Source: a virus
Taxonomy: Duplodnaviria > Caudoviricetes
Virus record (IMG/VR): IMGVR_UViG_3300036846_000351
Location: 1 to 62,498 of that record
Strand: one strand, 5' to 3'
DNA: 62,498 nt
Shown: piece after piece, positions 9,201 to 18,686 of the stretch
Layout: every line of letters begins with the position of its first letter
How positions within the stretch are numbered: position 1 is the first letter of the stretch
Notes under the pieces: generated by a model
The model's input: only the letters and a program-made list of their open reading frames with translations
Databases searched by the model: none
Told to the model about the DNA's origin: nothing
Position numbers and translations under genes: made by a program

Positions 9201-12200
9201 CCTCGTTGTAATTGGCGATCTCGTTGGTCGTGCTTGCTGGCAGTATCAAGTCGCGCATCGACCGTGAGAGACCGCCGCGCTCGGCCAGGGCACGACGCCA
9301 CAGCGAGGCGCGCACCGGCTTAGTCTCGTCGGGTGTGCCAAATATGCCCTTGTCGCCGATCGCCTGTACTCGGTCGCCAAAGTCTTGCAATCGCTCCGGC
9401 AGGTCACCGGGTGCCGCGTCGGTGATCCGCTCACGCCCACGCGCCGCCGCGCGCAGCTCGGGCGCCCGATAGGTCGCCGGGTCCGGCGTCATCCCCTCGC
9501 GACGGAACCTACCGCCCTGCTCGACCGCCTCTGTCAGTGGACGCATCGCGGCGTCAAGGACGCTGGTGTGCTGCGAGCCTAGCCCGAACACCCGACCAAC
9601 CAAGTCCCTAAAGGTGCTCCACAGGCTACGCCCGCCCTTTGGCGCCAGCCCCAAATAGTGCAAGTCCGCCATCAAATCGTCACTAGCCGCGTGACGTGAC
9701 ATCAAGTCCATCACATGCGGATCAGTCAGTGCCTGCGTCACCAGCTCGGTGAAGTGATCACGCGACAGCGCATAGTCCACGCCAAAAGTTTCTTTGTCGG
9801 TCTGTGCCTTTTCTGTCCCTAGCTCGTCGATCTCACGCGCGACCGACCGCAGCCCCTCGTAAATATTCCGCTCGCGTGTAGTGACCTTCCCACCGTTCTC
9901 GATGCGGTCACCTACATCCTCCAGCCAGCGCACAGTGCCGGCGTGCAGCCCCTCGTGCAGGATCACCCTAACAGGCGGCTCTACTGAACTGGACTTAAGA
10001 GCAATGAAATCACCTTTTGAACTGTAAACACCCGCGAACCTTGCCTCCGTCGGCGCTTTAACAATCGCGACGCCGCGATCGATCGTAGCTTTCAAAGCCT
10101 TCGCCAGCGCGACGAGGTGCGGGGTTGTCGCGCGAGCCGTTGGGTTGTCGATGATATCGTCGAGATAGTCGTGCAGGTCGTGTGCCCTGCCTTCGCGTTC
10201 CCCCGCAGCAAGGCGGTCCCTGAGCGGCTTATTGATCCTCGGGTCCTGCTCAAGCCGCGCGAAGCGCCCGCCGCGCGAGTGTGCGGTTTCGTCCGGCGCG
10301 CCGAACTCGCCCTCACCTAAATCCCGGCGGTTCTGTTCCTCCATCGCTCGGAGCGCGGCGTCGGACTCGGCCTCGCTAACAGCGGGTCGCGCCACAGGTT
10401 TTCTGCGCAACGCGTTTTGCAGCTTGCCGCGCTCCTGAACCATCTGTGGCAGCCGCTCTTGGTCGTCGAATACCCGCTGGTATTCCTTGCCAATGCGATC
10501 GGCCTCGGCCAGGCGCTGCTCGGGGGTGATCGACCGGTTACGATCGTTCGCCGTCGCCGCCTGGGCGAGCTTGCCCAGCGCCTTGGGATCGCCGGCCTGT
10601 TTAATACGATCGTTGAGATAGTCGAGAAACGTCGCGAACTTGCGCGGCCTGCCGCCAGTCTTACTTGGCTCGCCATAAGCGCTGTGCGCCTCGGCGGCAC
10701 TCATCCTGCCTTCCAGCACATCGTGCAGCAGGTCGGCGGCGTGCAGCTCCTTATCGGTCGTTGAGGCGGCGCGCTGCCCCGACTTCAGCTCGCCCGCTTC
10801 CTCGCCCGCCGCCTCGGCGACGGTGGTCACACCCCGCTTAGTCTCGGTCGGCGCCTTCTCAGCTTCCCGCGCCGCAACCTCGCCCACATTCTCCATACCA
10901 CGCGCCGGCGCCCGCGCAGCGGCGGGCGGCTCAGCGGCTGCCTCGAACTCAGCGGCGGCCTCGGCCTTGATCCGCTGCGCCCGCTGCGCGGGCGTTTCAC
11001 GAGGCGCCGTGCTCGCCGTGGGCTCCGCTGGCGCCTCTGTAGGGGCGCGTTTTCTTAAAAGGCTCACGAGCCCCGGCGGCTGGGTAGGCGCCTCAGGCGC
11101 CGCCGCACGCGCCTGCTCGGCCTGTTCGAGCACCTCCCGCGCCGCCGGCTTCATCCGTGCCCGCGCCGCCGCGCGGCGCTGCTGCGCGGGAGACGGTGGT
11201 GTCTCCCCAACAGAGGATACTGTTTCGGGAGACAGCGGTGTCTCCGGCGCAGACGGAGGGGTAGGAGTTGCCTGCGCCGGAGCCCGCTCTCCGGTCGGGG
11301 CGATGGGTTCCACCATCGCTGCCGGTTCGGCTGCGACCGCCTCGACCGGTGCCCTTGCTGCTGCTTCCTGTTGACGCGCCTGCTCGATCTGCGCCGTCGG
11401 CGCGCGGCGTGTCGGCTCGACGGTGGTCGCTGGCACCTGGCTCTGGCTCGGCAGTGTCGCGGGTGATAGTTGCGGTCCTGCCGGCGGCTCTGGTGCCGGC
11501 GGCGCCTCGGGGGCGAGCTGACGCGCCTCGATCCTCGGCGGTGGGAGCTGGGCCTGCGTCGGCTCGACCGTGGTGCGCGGCACCTGGCTTTGATTGGGGA
11601 GCGTCGCGGGTGATAGCGGCGCCGTGCTCGCCGTGGGCTCCGCTGGCGCCGGTGGCGCCTCCGGGGCGAGCTGGCGCGCCGTGATGGATGACGGTAGCGC
11701 CGGCAGCTCGGGCTGCACCATGGCCGCGTTGAGTGCCGCTGCCTCGGCGGGATCGACCCCCCGACTCTGCGGCGGTGCGGGGCCTGGCCGCTCCGTCACA
11801 GGCGCCGGCTCGGGTCCACCCGGCACAGTAAATTCCGCAGGTCCGGCAGCGGCTCCCGGCGGCTGCACCGTTGGCGCCCGGCGCAGCGGGTTGACCGTTG
11901 GCGCGCCCGGCTCGGTAATCGGCGGGACTTGATCGGGCGGCACCGCCTCGCCAGGGCTCGTCGGCGGTCGGAACGGCGCCTGTCGCGACGGTGGCAGCTC
12001 GGTCGGTTCTGCCGCTGGCGGCGGTGTTCCGCGAGTAAAGTCACCGGGACCTGGCGGGTTGACTGCTTGTGTTGTCGCGGCGGCGATATCGGGATCGCCC
12101 GCTGCCGCCGCTGGTCGCTCCGCACGCGCGCCGCCAGCTAGCGCCAACGGCGCCATCAGCGAGCCGACGACACCACCCTGCGCGATCTGACCCATCGACG

Positions 12201-13152
12201 GCGCCTCGAAGGCGCCGCCACGCACCATCTTCTGGACCGGTTCCTCAAAGGTCTGAGCCGCGCCCAGCCCGCCAAAACCTAGCGCACCTGCCGCCAGTTT
12301 GGTCAGCCAGGACTGCCCCTGGACGCCGTGCATCAGCGCGATCGGGGCGCCCATCGAGGCCGCGCCCATGGCACCGCCGGTGAGGATCGAGCCTTGGGTC
12401 GCGTCGGGCTTCTTCGCTTCCTCGTTCATCCCGACCAAAGCGCCGTACACGACCGGTAGTATCGGCGAGAGCCGCGCCATGCCCAGCAGGGCGACACTCG
12501 GCAACACCTGCTCCGATGCCTTGCCGGCGAGCCACGGCATGATGACGCCCTTATCCCAGGCGTCCTTCATCGGCATGGTGCCCAGGCTGTACTTCTCGTC
12601 GGCGGCTTTCTGTGTCTGCTCATCGAAGTTGTCGATCGCGTCGGCGCCCTCTTGCAGCCACTTGGTGTCGGTCCACTGCCCGGTCTTGCGCATCACCGTG
12701 GCGAGCAGCCCACCGCCCTCACCCAGCAAGTGCGCGCCGCTGCGGGCGAGCCCACCGACCAGCTCGGACCCGATGCCCTGCTCGGCCTCGGGCGGCGCCA
12801 TATCCTCGGGAGCGCCAAACGTAAAGGTGTCAGCGCCACCAAACTTGAAACCTTGCTTCCCTTGCGGTGGAGGCGGCGGTGCTGGCGCCGCCGGTGCCGG
12901 TGCCGGTGCCGGTGCCGGCGCTGGTGCCGGTGCCGCTGGAATAATAATCTGATCTTCGCCGCCGGTGGGTTGCGGCGCGCCGATCGCCTGCTGCTGCGGC
13001 TGGTACGCAGCGAGGCGGGCGTCATCCGCCGCGTCCATGTCATCCGGCGCCGGCGCCGGGCGCGGGGTGTAGTCCTCAACGAGAGGCGCTACCGGCGCCG
13101 TCGGCGTCGCGCCAAGGTCCTGATCCTCGTAGAACTGGCGCAGGTCACTCAT
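6250..13152 (-). CDS. 2300-aa polyvalent ejection/internal virion protein
   Basis: Hydrophobic N-region, long Pro/Ala linker, zincin HExxH (ILHEGLH), PLxRFG-like motif (FTPLQRHGDY); position at the end of the structural operon. Confidence 0.8.
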   Translation of the reverse strand: MSDLRQFYEDQDLGATPTAPVAPLVEDYTPRPAPAPDDMDAADDARLAAYQPQQQAIGAPQPTGGEDQIIIPAAPAPAPAPAPAPAPAAPAPPPPPQGKQGFKFGGADTFTFGAPEDMAPPEAEQGIGSELVGGLARSGAHLLGEGGGLLATVMRKTGQWTDTKWLQEGADAIDNFDEQTQKAADEKYSLGTMPMKDAWDKGVIMPWLAGKASEQVLPSVALLGMARLSPILPVVYGALVGMNEEAKKPDATQGSILTGGAMGAASMGAPIALMHGVQGQSWLTKLAAGALGFGGLGAAQTFEEPVQKMVRGGAFEAPSMGQIAQGGVVGSLMAPLALAGGARAERPAAAAGDPDIAAATTQAVNPPGPGDFTRGTPPPAAEPTELPPSRQAPFRPPTSPGEAVPPDQVPPITEPGAPTVNPLRRAPTVQPPGAAAGPAEFTVPGGPEPAPVTERPGPAPPQSRGVDPAEAAALNAAMVQPELPALPSSITARQLAPEAPPAPAEPTASTAPLSPATLPNQSQVPRTTVEPTQAQLPPPRIEARQLAPEAPPAPEPPAGPQLSPATLPSQSQVPATTVEPTRRAPTAQIEQARQQEAAARAPVEAVAAEPAAMVEPIAPTGERAPAQATPTPPSAPETPLSPETVSSVGETPPSPAQQRRAAARARMKPAAREVLEQAEQARAAAPEAPTQPPGLVSLLRKRAPTEAPAEPTASTAPRETPAQRAQRIKAEAAAEFEAAAEPPAAARAPARGMENVGEVAAREAEKAPTETKRGVTTVAEAAGEEAGELKSGQRAASTTDKELHAADLLHDVLEGRMSAAEAHSAYGEPSKTGGRPRKFATFLDYLNDRIKQAGDPKALGKLAQAATANDRNRSITPEQRLAEADRIGKEYQRVFDDQERLPQMVQERGKLQNALRRKPVARPAVSEAESDAALRAMEEQNRRDLGEGEFGAPDETAHSRGGRFARLEQDPRINKPLRDRLAAGEREGRAHDLHDYLDDIIDNPTARATTPHLVALAKALKATIDRGVAIVKAPTEARFAGVYSSKGDFIALKSSSVEPPVRVILHEGLHAGTVRWLEDVGDRIENGGKVTTRERNIYEGLRSVAREIDELGTEKAQTDKETFGVDYALSRDHFTELVTQALTDPHVMDLMSRHAASDDLMADLHYLGLAPKGGRSLWSTFRDLVGRVFGLGSQHTSVLDAAMRPLTEAVEQGGRFRREGMTPDPATYRAPELRAAARGRERITDAAPGDLPERLQDFGDRVQAIGDKGIFGTPDETKPVRASLWRRALAERGGLSRSMRDLILPASTTNEIANYNEDVLPEAQKIVGVRAKMSATAAEVEKEWGNRVQAWAKQLAQAGDKFEDLRNRASLAQASLGRPDFEAANAHLNADQLDVARGLQAEFNALTPEQQKLYLDLRDYHTETGWAQRQAAFEHAIDLGLGDTITPEERAWLARQARSKPTIDQLIKNPDASPLATMMADRWNPGVRGMAREIAKMQRAGWMEGDFTPLQRHGDYIVSFGEPGTDSYGVRMFDRNSQAEAFRDQFYTDPDTGKPINQGVDLSPVKLKSTTGSGGRRFREFMPETSTVELERALAARGITGDAANNALDAFTGMMLTHATQSQAARYSMRRRGIQGASTEGAQNLVRDFAAHRERMGYLLNGAEERRIYADADRRLQQMGQRRGQVTPADITASAQRLADLEQRFANKDPAVSAEEIADSRQQHEWLKNPPTSSQVQRARQVLDELRQRQTPIDGDSSSRFFGTIAKRFTGLSFVMHLVRPAHLAVQQLDAMSNAQAFLGARYGHGRAGGALMKAMTQLAPEGARSGMRNMVAAVQGKLQQSNWVLSDVLEKRLVSAAKMDPAHAKALIAAANQYGMIDVSRSRELQRMAHPGAFNFGGDATTRLGHMAGNMMDLFASAEHAVDATNRVAILKAGFDLAMRENGGNVDGAIQDAMRYAQRAMPNYNIWNKPRLATERGPLRNPLVAATFQYKIYGMHLYSVMGSLVKQAATRPGERAEALKALAGLVATHSLLVGLTANMFGVPVNALTGAWDLLRGEPGPHNYETDLRRWMTDALGPTASTFLSRGALGLAGVDLHRSLKISNMIDLPEIKTFDRQGVATAFATALTGASGEVAEQLTQASHDMLSGNFQRGVLGLMPRIAGDIAKSYQMEHQGLLDARGNVIVPANRLSPSTPVLRTLGFNPMETATIYDRRAAIQERNNEINYARSRAEDAFVQNRDMSKVRAYNANRQLNGGYVITVQDLQRAVQRAQGKIAVPGTYGVQVPKNRLKGALEAGRFN

Positions 13153-15893
13153 AGCGACGCCGCCCCGCCAGTGACTAAGCGCGGCGTTGGCTGTTGCTGC
13201 TGTTGCGGTTGCAGTTGCTGCCCCTGCGCGCTTGGCATGATGCTGCGCATCACCGAGTCGGGCAGATACGCGCGTTTAGTACCAGTCGCGTCAACAACCG
13301 CCCACACCGGCTGATTATTCTTGTCCATAAAAGCTGGCGTCCGCAGCATCGAATACTTCTGCCCCTTTGTACCGTCGGGCACGACCAGGGATCGCACGAT
13401 GTCCTGCACTAGGCGCGTGGCGATGTTATCGTTGTAGCGGCGCAGGCCAAAATAGAGGTCCTGCCCCTTGTCCTTCATCGCTGCTGTCATTTCATTGCCG
13501 TTGAGATCAAGCGGCGCGACAGGCGCCTGATCGCCGTATAGATCAGCAGCTTCCTTGTTGTAGGCGTTGATGCGCCCGGCGGTCATGTCTTTCTGCGTAG
13601 CGTCGAGGCGCTGGCGCAGCCGGTCCTGCGCCGCCGCAAGGGCATTAGCAGCGCGGGTATTTGTCTCGCCTTCCTTATACTGCGCAAGACTTCTCGCCGC
13701 CGCGATGTTCGCCTGGGTGGTCTCTTGCGCGATCCGCTCACGGGTCGCCAGTTCTTCGCGACCGTGCTGCTCCAGCTCTTGGTTGTGCGCGATCGTCTCG
13801 TTGGTCGTGCGCTCCTGATTGACAGTCGTCAGAAACGCCTGCGGGTCGGTCGTCTGGTTAATCATCCCCCGGATGCCGTCCTTGGTGATCTCGAACGGCT
13901 GACCCAGCGGCTGATGCGTATCCTCACTATAGCGCTGCCCAAACACCCGATTACCCTGGACTTGAAACCCTAGTGCCGCGCCGTCATTGGCAAAGGCGTG
14001 GCTCGCGGCCAGGAGCTGCGCCGCACCCTGCGGGTCGGTGTCGAACGTATTGTAGGCGCGCATCAGAGACTGCACCGCGCCCTGATGCTGCAAGCGGAAC
14101 ATCCACTCCTGGGCGTGCATCCCACCAACGGGATCGCCCTTGAGGATGAAGTAACCTGTCAGATCGTGCAGCGCCCGGTCCCAATTCTGCCCGACCGTGT
14201 TCCCCGCCGCACCGTTATGAGACATATAAGTCAACACCTGCATCGGCCCGCCCGCGACATCGGCACGCACGAGACCCTGCGGCGTCATGTTGTTGACCCG
14301 GTTCGACACGCGATTGATCGGTCGCTCCGGTGTCGCTCCCGGTGTCGAGATCGCCGGGGGTACACTACCGGTAGTACCGACTTCCGGCGGCGCTGGCTGA
14401 CCTTCACCATGAACCTGTGGTGCGGTCGTAACTGGCGGTGTTGTCGGTGTTGTCGGTGTTGTCGGTGTTGTCGGTGTTGTCGGTGTTGTCGGTGTTGTCG
14501 GTGTTGGGCTCGGTGGTGCCGCAGCGGCAGGTGCTGGCGCTGCGGCAGGTGTAGTTGGCGCGAGCGCTCCACCCGCCGCCGTTAATCCAGTCGGCGCGGC
14601 CCCTGACTGCGGCGGCAGCCCTGTAACGAGGTTAGGTGCCGGCGCGGCAGGGGTAGCACCTGGCGCACCGATCGCCGGCGGCGCAGCTGCGGGCGCAGGA
14701 GCGGGTGTTACCGGAGCCCCGGTGGGATATTGAACCGGCGTAGCCGCAGCTTCGCCTGTCGCCGTTGGATAAATCGGAGGCGCGTTCGGCGCGCTCCCGC
14801 TTTCGCGCACGATATCGATAATGCTACGGCCCGGCGGCGGCTGTCCCGGTGCTGGCGGTCCACTGCCACTGCCGTACATGTACTGTGGAGGCATAACCGT
14901 TGTGGAAGTCGGAGGCCCTACAATCGCCGTCCCGATCCGGCTAAGGGCCTCGCGGTTGCGCACGTCAGGATCAACCGGCGGCATCGTCGTGCCACCAATG
15001 TTCATCTCCATCGCGGCGTTGTCACCACCGCCGCCCGTGTCAACATCGGTGTCGCGACCCACCACCCGGTTGACAAAATCGAACGTCCCGTGCGGCGCGA
15101 TCTTCTCATGATCGTCGCCGTGCCGACGCTGCATCGCGTCGACCGTCCCCGGCCCGGCATAGTAGGCGGCGAACACATCGGCGGTGCCACGCCCGTACTT
15201 CTGCGCCAGGTCCTTGTATTTGAGCGCGCCGAGATAAAGGTTCTGGATCGGGTTGGTGGGATCGAAATGCCCACCGGCGTCGTACTGCTGCACGTCGTCA
15301 GGGGTGATCCCCATATACCCGACCCGGTTCCCGTTCTTCGCGTTGGGGTCGTTGTCGCTGTTGGCGTAAACCAGCGCGGCCAGGTCGAGACGCGGGATAC
15401 CCACATCGTCGGCGACGTGGTTGACCGCCTCGTAGAGCGTCGGGTTGTGTTCTTCGAGGTCCTTGTAGCGCCCGACCGGAACCTTGAGGCGTGGCTCACG
15501 ATCAGGATACTCAGGCGTGCCGAGTACCCCGGCCCCGCCGGCTGAGCCCTTAAGATTAATCGGTGGCGGAGCCTGGGCGATGATCTCCTGCGGCGTCGAC
15601 TGCGGAGGCGCAACGTCAGGACCTGCTGTCGTGCCTTCTGGTGTAGGTGGAGGCGACGCTGGCGCCGGTGCCGGTTGCACCGGCACAGCCGGACCTAAGT
15701 CAGCTGGCACACCCGTAGAAGGCTGCAACGCGGCGGGCGGCAACGTATCGGTGCTATCCGCCGTACCGGCAGGCGGAGGCGGCGGGCTCGCCGGCGCCCC
15801 GATCGCCTGCGCCGCTCCACCCGGCACCAGCACCGGCGGCGGTGCGTTGCTAGGGAACCCCAGCGTATTGAGGGGGTCGTTATCCGTTGCCAT
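13149..15893 (-). CDS. Ejection protein with a degenerate SLT lytic-transglycosylase domain
   Basis: LAALVYANS.NDPNA..GYMG..FDPTNPIQNLYLGALKY..AAYYAGPG follows the SLT pattern. Confidence 0.75.
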   Translation of the reverse strand: MATDNDPLNTLGFPSNAPPPVLVPGGAAQAIGAPASPPPPPAGTADSTDTLPPAALQPSTGVPADLGPAVPVQPAPAPASPPPTPEGTTAGPDVAPPQSTPQEIIAQAPPPINLKGSAGGAGVLGTPEYPDREPRLKVPVGRYKDLEEHNPTLYEAVNHVADDVGIPRLDLAALVYANSDNDPNAKNGNRVGYMGITPDDVQQYDAGGHFDPTNPIQNLYLGALKYKDLAQKYGRGTADVFAAYYAGPGTVDAMQRRHGDDHEKIAPHGTFDFVNRVVGRDTDVDTGGGGDNAAMEMNIGGTTMPPVDPDVRNREALSRIGTAIVGPPTSTTVMPPQYMYGSGSGPPAPGQPPPGRSIIDIVRESGSAPNAPPIYPTATGEAAATPVQYPTGAPVTPAPAPAAAPPAIGAPGATPAAPAPNLVTGLPPQSGAAPTGLTAAGGALAPTTPAAAPAPAAAAPPSPTPTTPTTPTTPTTPTTPTTPTTPPVTTAPQVHGEGQPAPPEVGTTGSVPPAISTPGATPERPINRVSNRVNNMTPQGLVRADVAGGPMQVLTYMSHNGAAGNTVGQNWDRALHDLTGYFILKGDPVGGMHAQEWMFRLQHQGAVQSLMRAYNTFDTDPQGAAQLLAASHAFANDGAALGFQVQGNRVFGQRYSEDTHQPLGQPFEITKDGIRGMINQTTDPQAFLTTVNQERTTNETIAHNQELEQHGREELATRERIAQETTQANIAAARSLAQYKEGETNTRAANALAAAQDRLRQRLDATQKDMTAGRINAYNKEAADLYGDQAPVAPLDLNGNEMTAAMKDKGQDLYFGLRRYNDNIATRLVQDIVRSLVVPDGTKGQKYSMLRTPAFMDKNNQPVWAVVDATGTKRAYLPDSVMRSIMPSAQGQQLQPQQQQQPTPRLVTGGAASL
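14437..14499. repeat. 7 perfect copies of GGTGTTGTC (PTT linker)
   Basis: Read directly from sequence. Confidence 0.95.
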
Positions 15894-17103
15894 AGATACC
15901 CCCGCCGTAGAGCCCGGTGTTTGGCACCGCGAGCGCGAACTGTTGCTGCTGTGGTGCCACGAAGTACGATTGCTGCTGCGGCGGCGGTACCACGACCACG
16001 CCGGGGCTCGGGTGCGCTGGGATCATCACGCCGGACGGCGCAGCGCCCTGCGCGCCGCCACTCACCATGTCGGGGTTGTAGGCCACACCCTGCGAATTGA
16101 ACTTCACATTTGGCCCCAGCCCACCGTACCCCCGACCGGCGGCGCTCTGCGGTATCGGAGCTGAAGGTGCCAACGCTGCCTGTGGCGCCAGCGCCGGCAC
16201 ACCCTGCGGGAACAGCGGGCTCGACGTGGAGACTGGCGATGTAGCCGGCTGCGAGGGGTCCATGCTGTGGGTCAGCACCTGCGGTAGCCCAAGCGCTGCT
16301 GTTTGTGGCGGCGCTGCTGTTGCCGGCGGGTTGGCAAGATATTTCTGCGCCGTCGCCAGTTGCCCGTAACGCGCGCCCGGATAGTTGTATTGAGCCGCAG
16401 GGTTCTCAAAACCCTTCAAAACTAGATCAGTCGCCGCCTTAGGGTCCGTTGCCTGCCCATAGTGTGGGTCGATGTCAGTCATACGCTTCGCGAAGAACTT
16501 CGCCTGGTTAACACTATCTTGTAGAACTGCCGGGTCGTCAGGATTAAGACCGTTACCTTTGAGCCAATCTTTGTACGGCTCTAACTCACCACCTTGGTGA
16601 AATTGCCAATGACCAAAACTCGACCCTTTATCTCCTGCCTTCCAGTTCGTACCGAAGCCGCCTTCAGCTAATCCATTCGCAATAGCTCCTTGGATCGCCG
16701 CGTCACTCCAGCCGATTGACTTAAAATAATCGACGACTTGTTGCCCCGCCGGCCCCCACTCACCGCCGCCACCGCCGCCGCCACCGCCGCCGCCACCGCC
16801 GCCGCCACCGCCGCCACCGCCGCCACCGCCGGGCGCACCGGTCGGTGATCCGCTGGCATCGCGAACAAACGTGTCCTGCGGCGTACCTTTGTCCCCGCCC
16901 CCACCTTGCGTGCCAGTATCAGCGGTGTCGTAGCTCTTTAGTGCCTTGCGCTTCTGAGCGTTCTCCGCAAGTGTCTGTTCGAGATCATCTGCCTTCTTGC
17001 GCAGGTCGATCATCTTCTCGAAACCGGTCTGCGCACCGGTGACGAACTGCGCGAGCGGACTCGTGGGGTAGTTGCTGGTCGGATAAATCTCAATGCCAGC
17101 CAT
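15880..17103 (-). CDS. Ejection protein with a phage-tail-lysozyme-like domain
   Basis: WSDAAIQGAIANGLAEGG...GDKGSSFGHWQF...FENPA; poly-Gly linker. Confidence 0.75.
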   Translation of the reverse strand: MAGIEIYPTSNYPTSPLAQFVTGAQTGFEKMIDLRKKADDLEQTLAENAQKRKALKSYDTADTGTQGGGGDKGTPQDTFVRDASGSPTGAPGGGGGGGGGGGGGGGGGGGGGGGEWGPAGQQVVDYFKSIGWSDAAIQGAIANGLAEGGFGTNWKAGDKGSSFGHWQFHQGGELEPYKDWLKGNGLNPDDPAVLQDSVNQAKFFAKRMTDIDPHYGQATDPKAATDLVLKGFENPAAQYNYPGARYGQLATAQKYLANPPATAAPPQTAALGLPQVLTHSMDPSQPATSPVSTSSPLFPQGVPALAPQAALAPSAPIPQSAAGRGYGGLGPNVKFNSQGVAYNPDMVSGGAQGAAPSGVMIPAHPSPGVVVVPPPQQQSYFVAPQQQQFALAVPNTGLYGGGIYGNG

Positions 17104-17157
17104 CGCGGCTCTCCACTACCGGTAGTAACCGAACCTCATAATACGACTGTTGTATTA

Positions 17158-18225
17158 TTAAGCGAACGCCATGATCGCAGCCCCGCCAAGCCCACCAGCG
17201 ATATTCCCGATTGCGCCCCACGGCGACTGCGCCGCCTTGGCCTGGTAGTTCGCCATCTGCGCCGAGAACATGTTGCTCATCGCCCCGGCGCCGGCGCCGA
17301 TCGCGCTGGAGATATTGCCCAGGTTGGAAGCCTGATTGCCGTAGAGGCCGACGCCCTGAGTGCCGTAGGCGCTGGTGAGCTGGGTGTAGGGGTTGAGCGC
17401 GGCATACTGCGTGGGCGAGCCCATCGCCGTCGTGCCCGATGTGAGCAAGCCGCTCCCCGCCGCGACCCCGCCACCGCCGATCGCGGCGCCGCCAAGCCCG
17501 GAAGAGGTCTGGTTGAGCCCAAGACCAGCCTGGGCAATCGCCTGGGCTGGCAGCTTCTGCCCGATTTCCAGCGCCGCCGTCTCGTACTGCTTGCCCTGCG
17601 CTTCGGTCTGCGCTCGCGACATCGTGCCGGCAGCCGCCGATGCCGCTGCTTTCGAGATGTCCATGGCGCTCATACTTCGGGCATAGGCACCCTGCGACGG
17701 GTCGATGCCGTAACTCGCAAGCTGACGACCGGCAGCATCCTTCTGTGCCTGGAATGCCGTCGCCACGTCCCCCCGCGCCGCAGCCGCGTTCTGCTCGATC
17801 CGTGCCGGGCTGGCATAGGCGAACGCCTCGTTGGCGAACTGATCCTCCTTGGGCGCGTAGGTCGTCTTGTAGCGGTCGTAAGTCTCCTGCGCCTGCTGGT
17901 TGCTCAGCGCCGCCGCTGCAACCTGCTGCCGTTCGTTGTCCGCCGCCGCACCGGTGAAATCGAGTTGCGACTGCATGTACTTTGTCAGGTACGGCTTGAT
18001 GTCCTCGTATTGCTGCTTGCCGTAAGCCGCCTGGTCCTGCGCCATCTGCGCGTAGCGGTCGCCAAGATCGGCGGCTCGCTGGGCGTAGACGCCCTGCTGC
18101 GCAAGCTGCTGTCTGCCTAGGTCGGCCTGGACTTGCGCCGCTGCCGCGTCGGACGCCGCCGCGTTCTGCGATGCCGCGATGAACGGCGTATAGTCGGGGG
18201 CTGGCGGCGGCGAGGACTTACCCAT
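17158..18225 (-). CDS. Ejection/pilot protein
   Basis: MGKSSPPPAPDY start; Ala/Gln coiled coil; Gly-rich hydrophobic C-terminus. Confidence 0.7.
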   Translation of the reverse strand: MGKSSPPPAPDYTPFIAASQNAAASDAAAAQVQADLGRQQLAQQGVYAQRAADLGDRYAQMAQDQAAYGKQQYEDIKPYLTKYMQSQLDFTGAAADNERQQVAAAALSNQQAQETYDRYKTTYAPKEDQFANEAFAYASPARIEQNAAAARGDVATAFQAQKDAAGRQLASYGIDPSQGAYARSMSAMDISKAAASAAAGTMSRAQTEAQGKQYETAALEIGQKLPAQAIAQAGLGLNQTSSGLGGAAIGGGGVAAGSGLLTSGTTAMGSPTQYAALNPYTQLTSAYGTQGVGLYGNQASNLGNISSAIGAGAGAMSNMFSAQMANYQAKAAQSPWGAIGNIAGGLGGAAIMAFA

Positions 18226-18680
18226 CAGGCAGCCCTCTCATTGTGCGGGACCCAGAGCTTTGGCGGGGAGCGCTTAAGCCAGGGGCACGCTTCTCGCGTC
18301 ATCCCCAGGATCATCAGATGGACCCCCGGCGCATAAGCGTCGCGGACCACCGCTTCCAAGCCCCACCCGGCGCGCATATCCATGGCGATAGTCCGATGCT
18401 GATCGGAACGCAGTGGGGCAAGCGCTTTATAGCACCCAAGCTGATCGAACGTATAGTGGAAGACCATCCATAAGAGATCGCGCGAGCACCAGTGCTTGTC
18501 TTCGCCGGCCATGTGGAGCGTCACCGAATTGCCGAGATAGGCGCTGACGACAAAGCCGCCGATCAGCACGCCGTCGCGGTGGGTCGTGAACGAGTGATCA
18601 TAGCCGGAGGTAAAACACCCCCCAGCCCGCTGCATAACCCACTCGCCCGCGCCCGGCGCGTCTATGCGAATTTCCCGCAT
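18225..18680 (-). CDS. GNAT-fold protein
   Basis: SRDLLWMVFHYTFDQLGC...GWGLEAVVRDAY; typical position between podovirus tail and ejection genes. Confidence 0.75.
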   Translation of the reverse strand: MREIRIDAPGAGEWVMQRAGGCFTSGYDHSFTTHRDGVLIGGFVVSAYLGNSVTLHMAGEDKHWCSRDLLWMVFHYTFDQLGCYKALAPLRSDQHRTIAMDMRAGWGLEAVVRDAYAPGVHLMILGMTREACPWLKRSPPKLWVPHNERAA

Positions 18681-18686
18681 ATCAAT

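Noticed and set aside
6250-13152. N4-like virion RNA polymerase or DarB methyltransferase/helicase
   Set aside because: No polymerase, SAM-binding or helicase motifs seen
12889-16830. PA, PTT and poly-Gly microsatellites as phase-variation switches
   Set aside because: Unit lengths are multiples of three, so slippage only changes linker length
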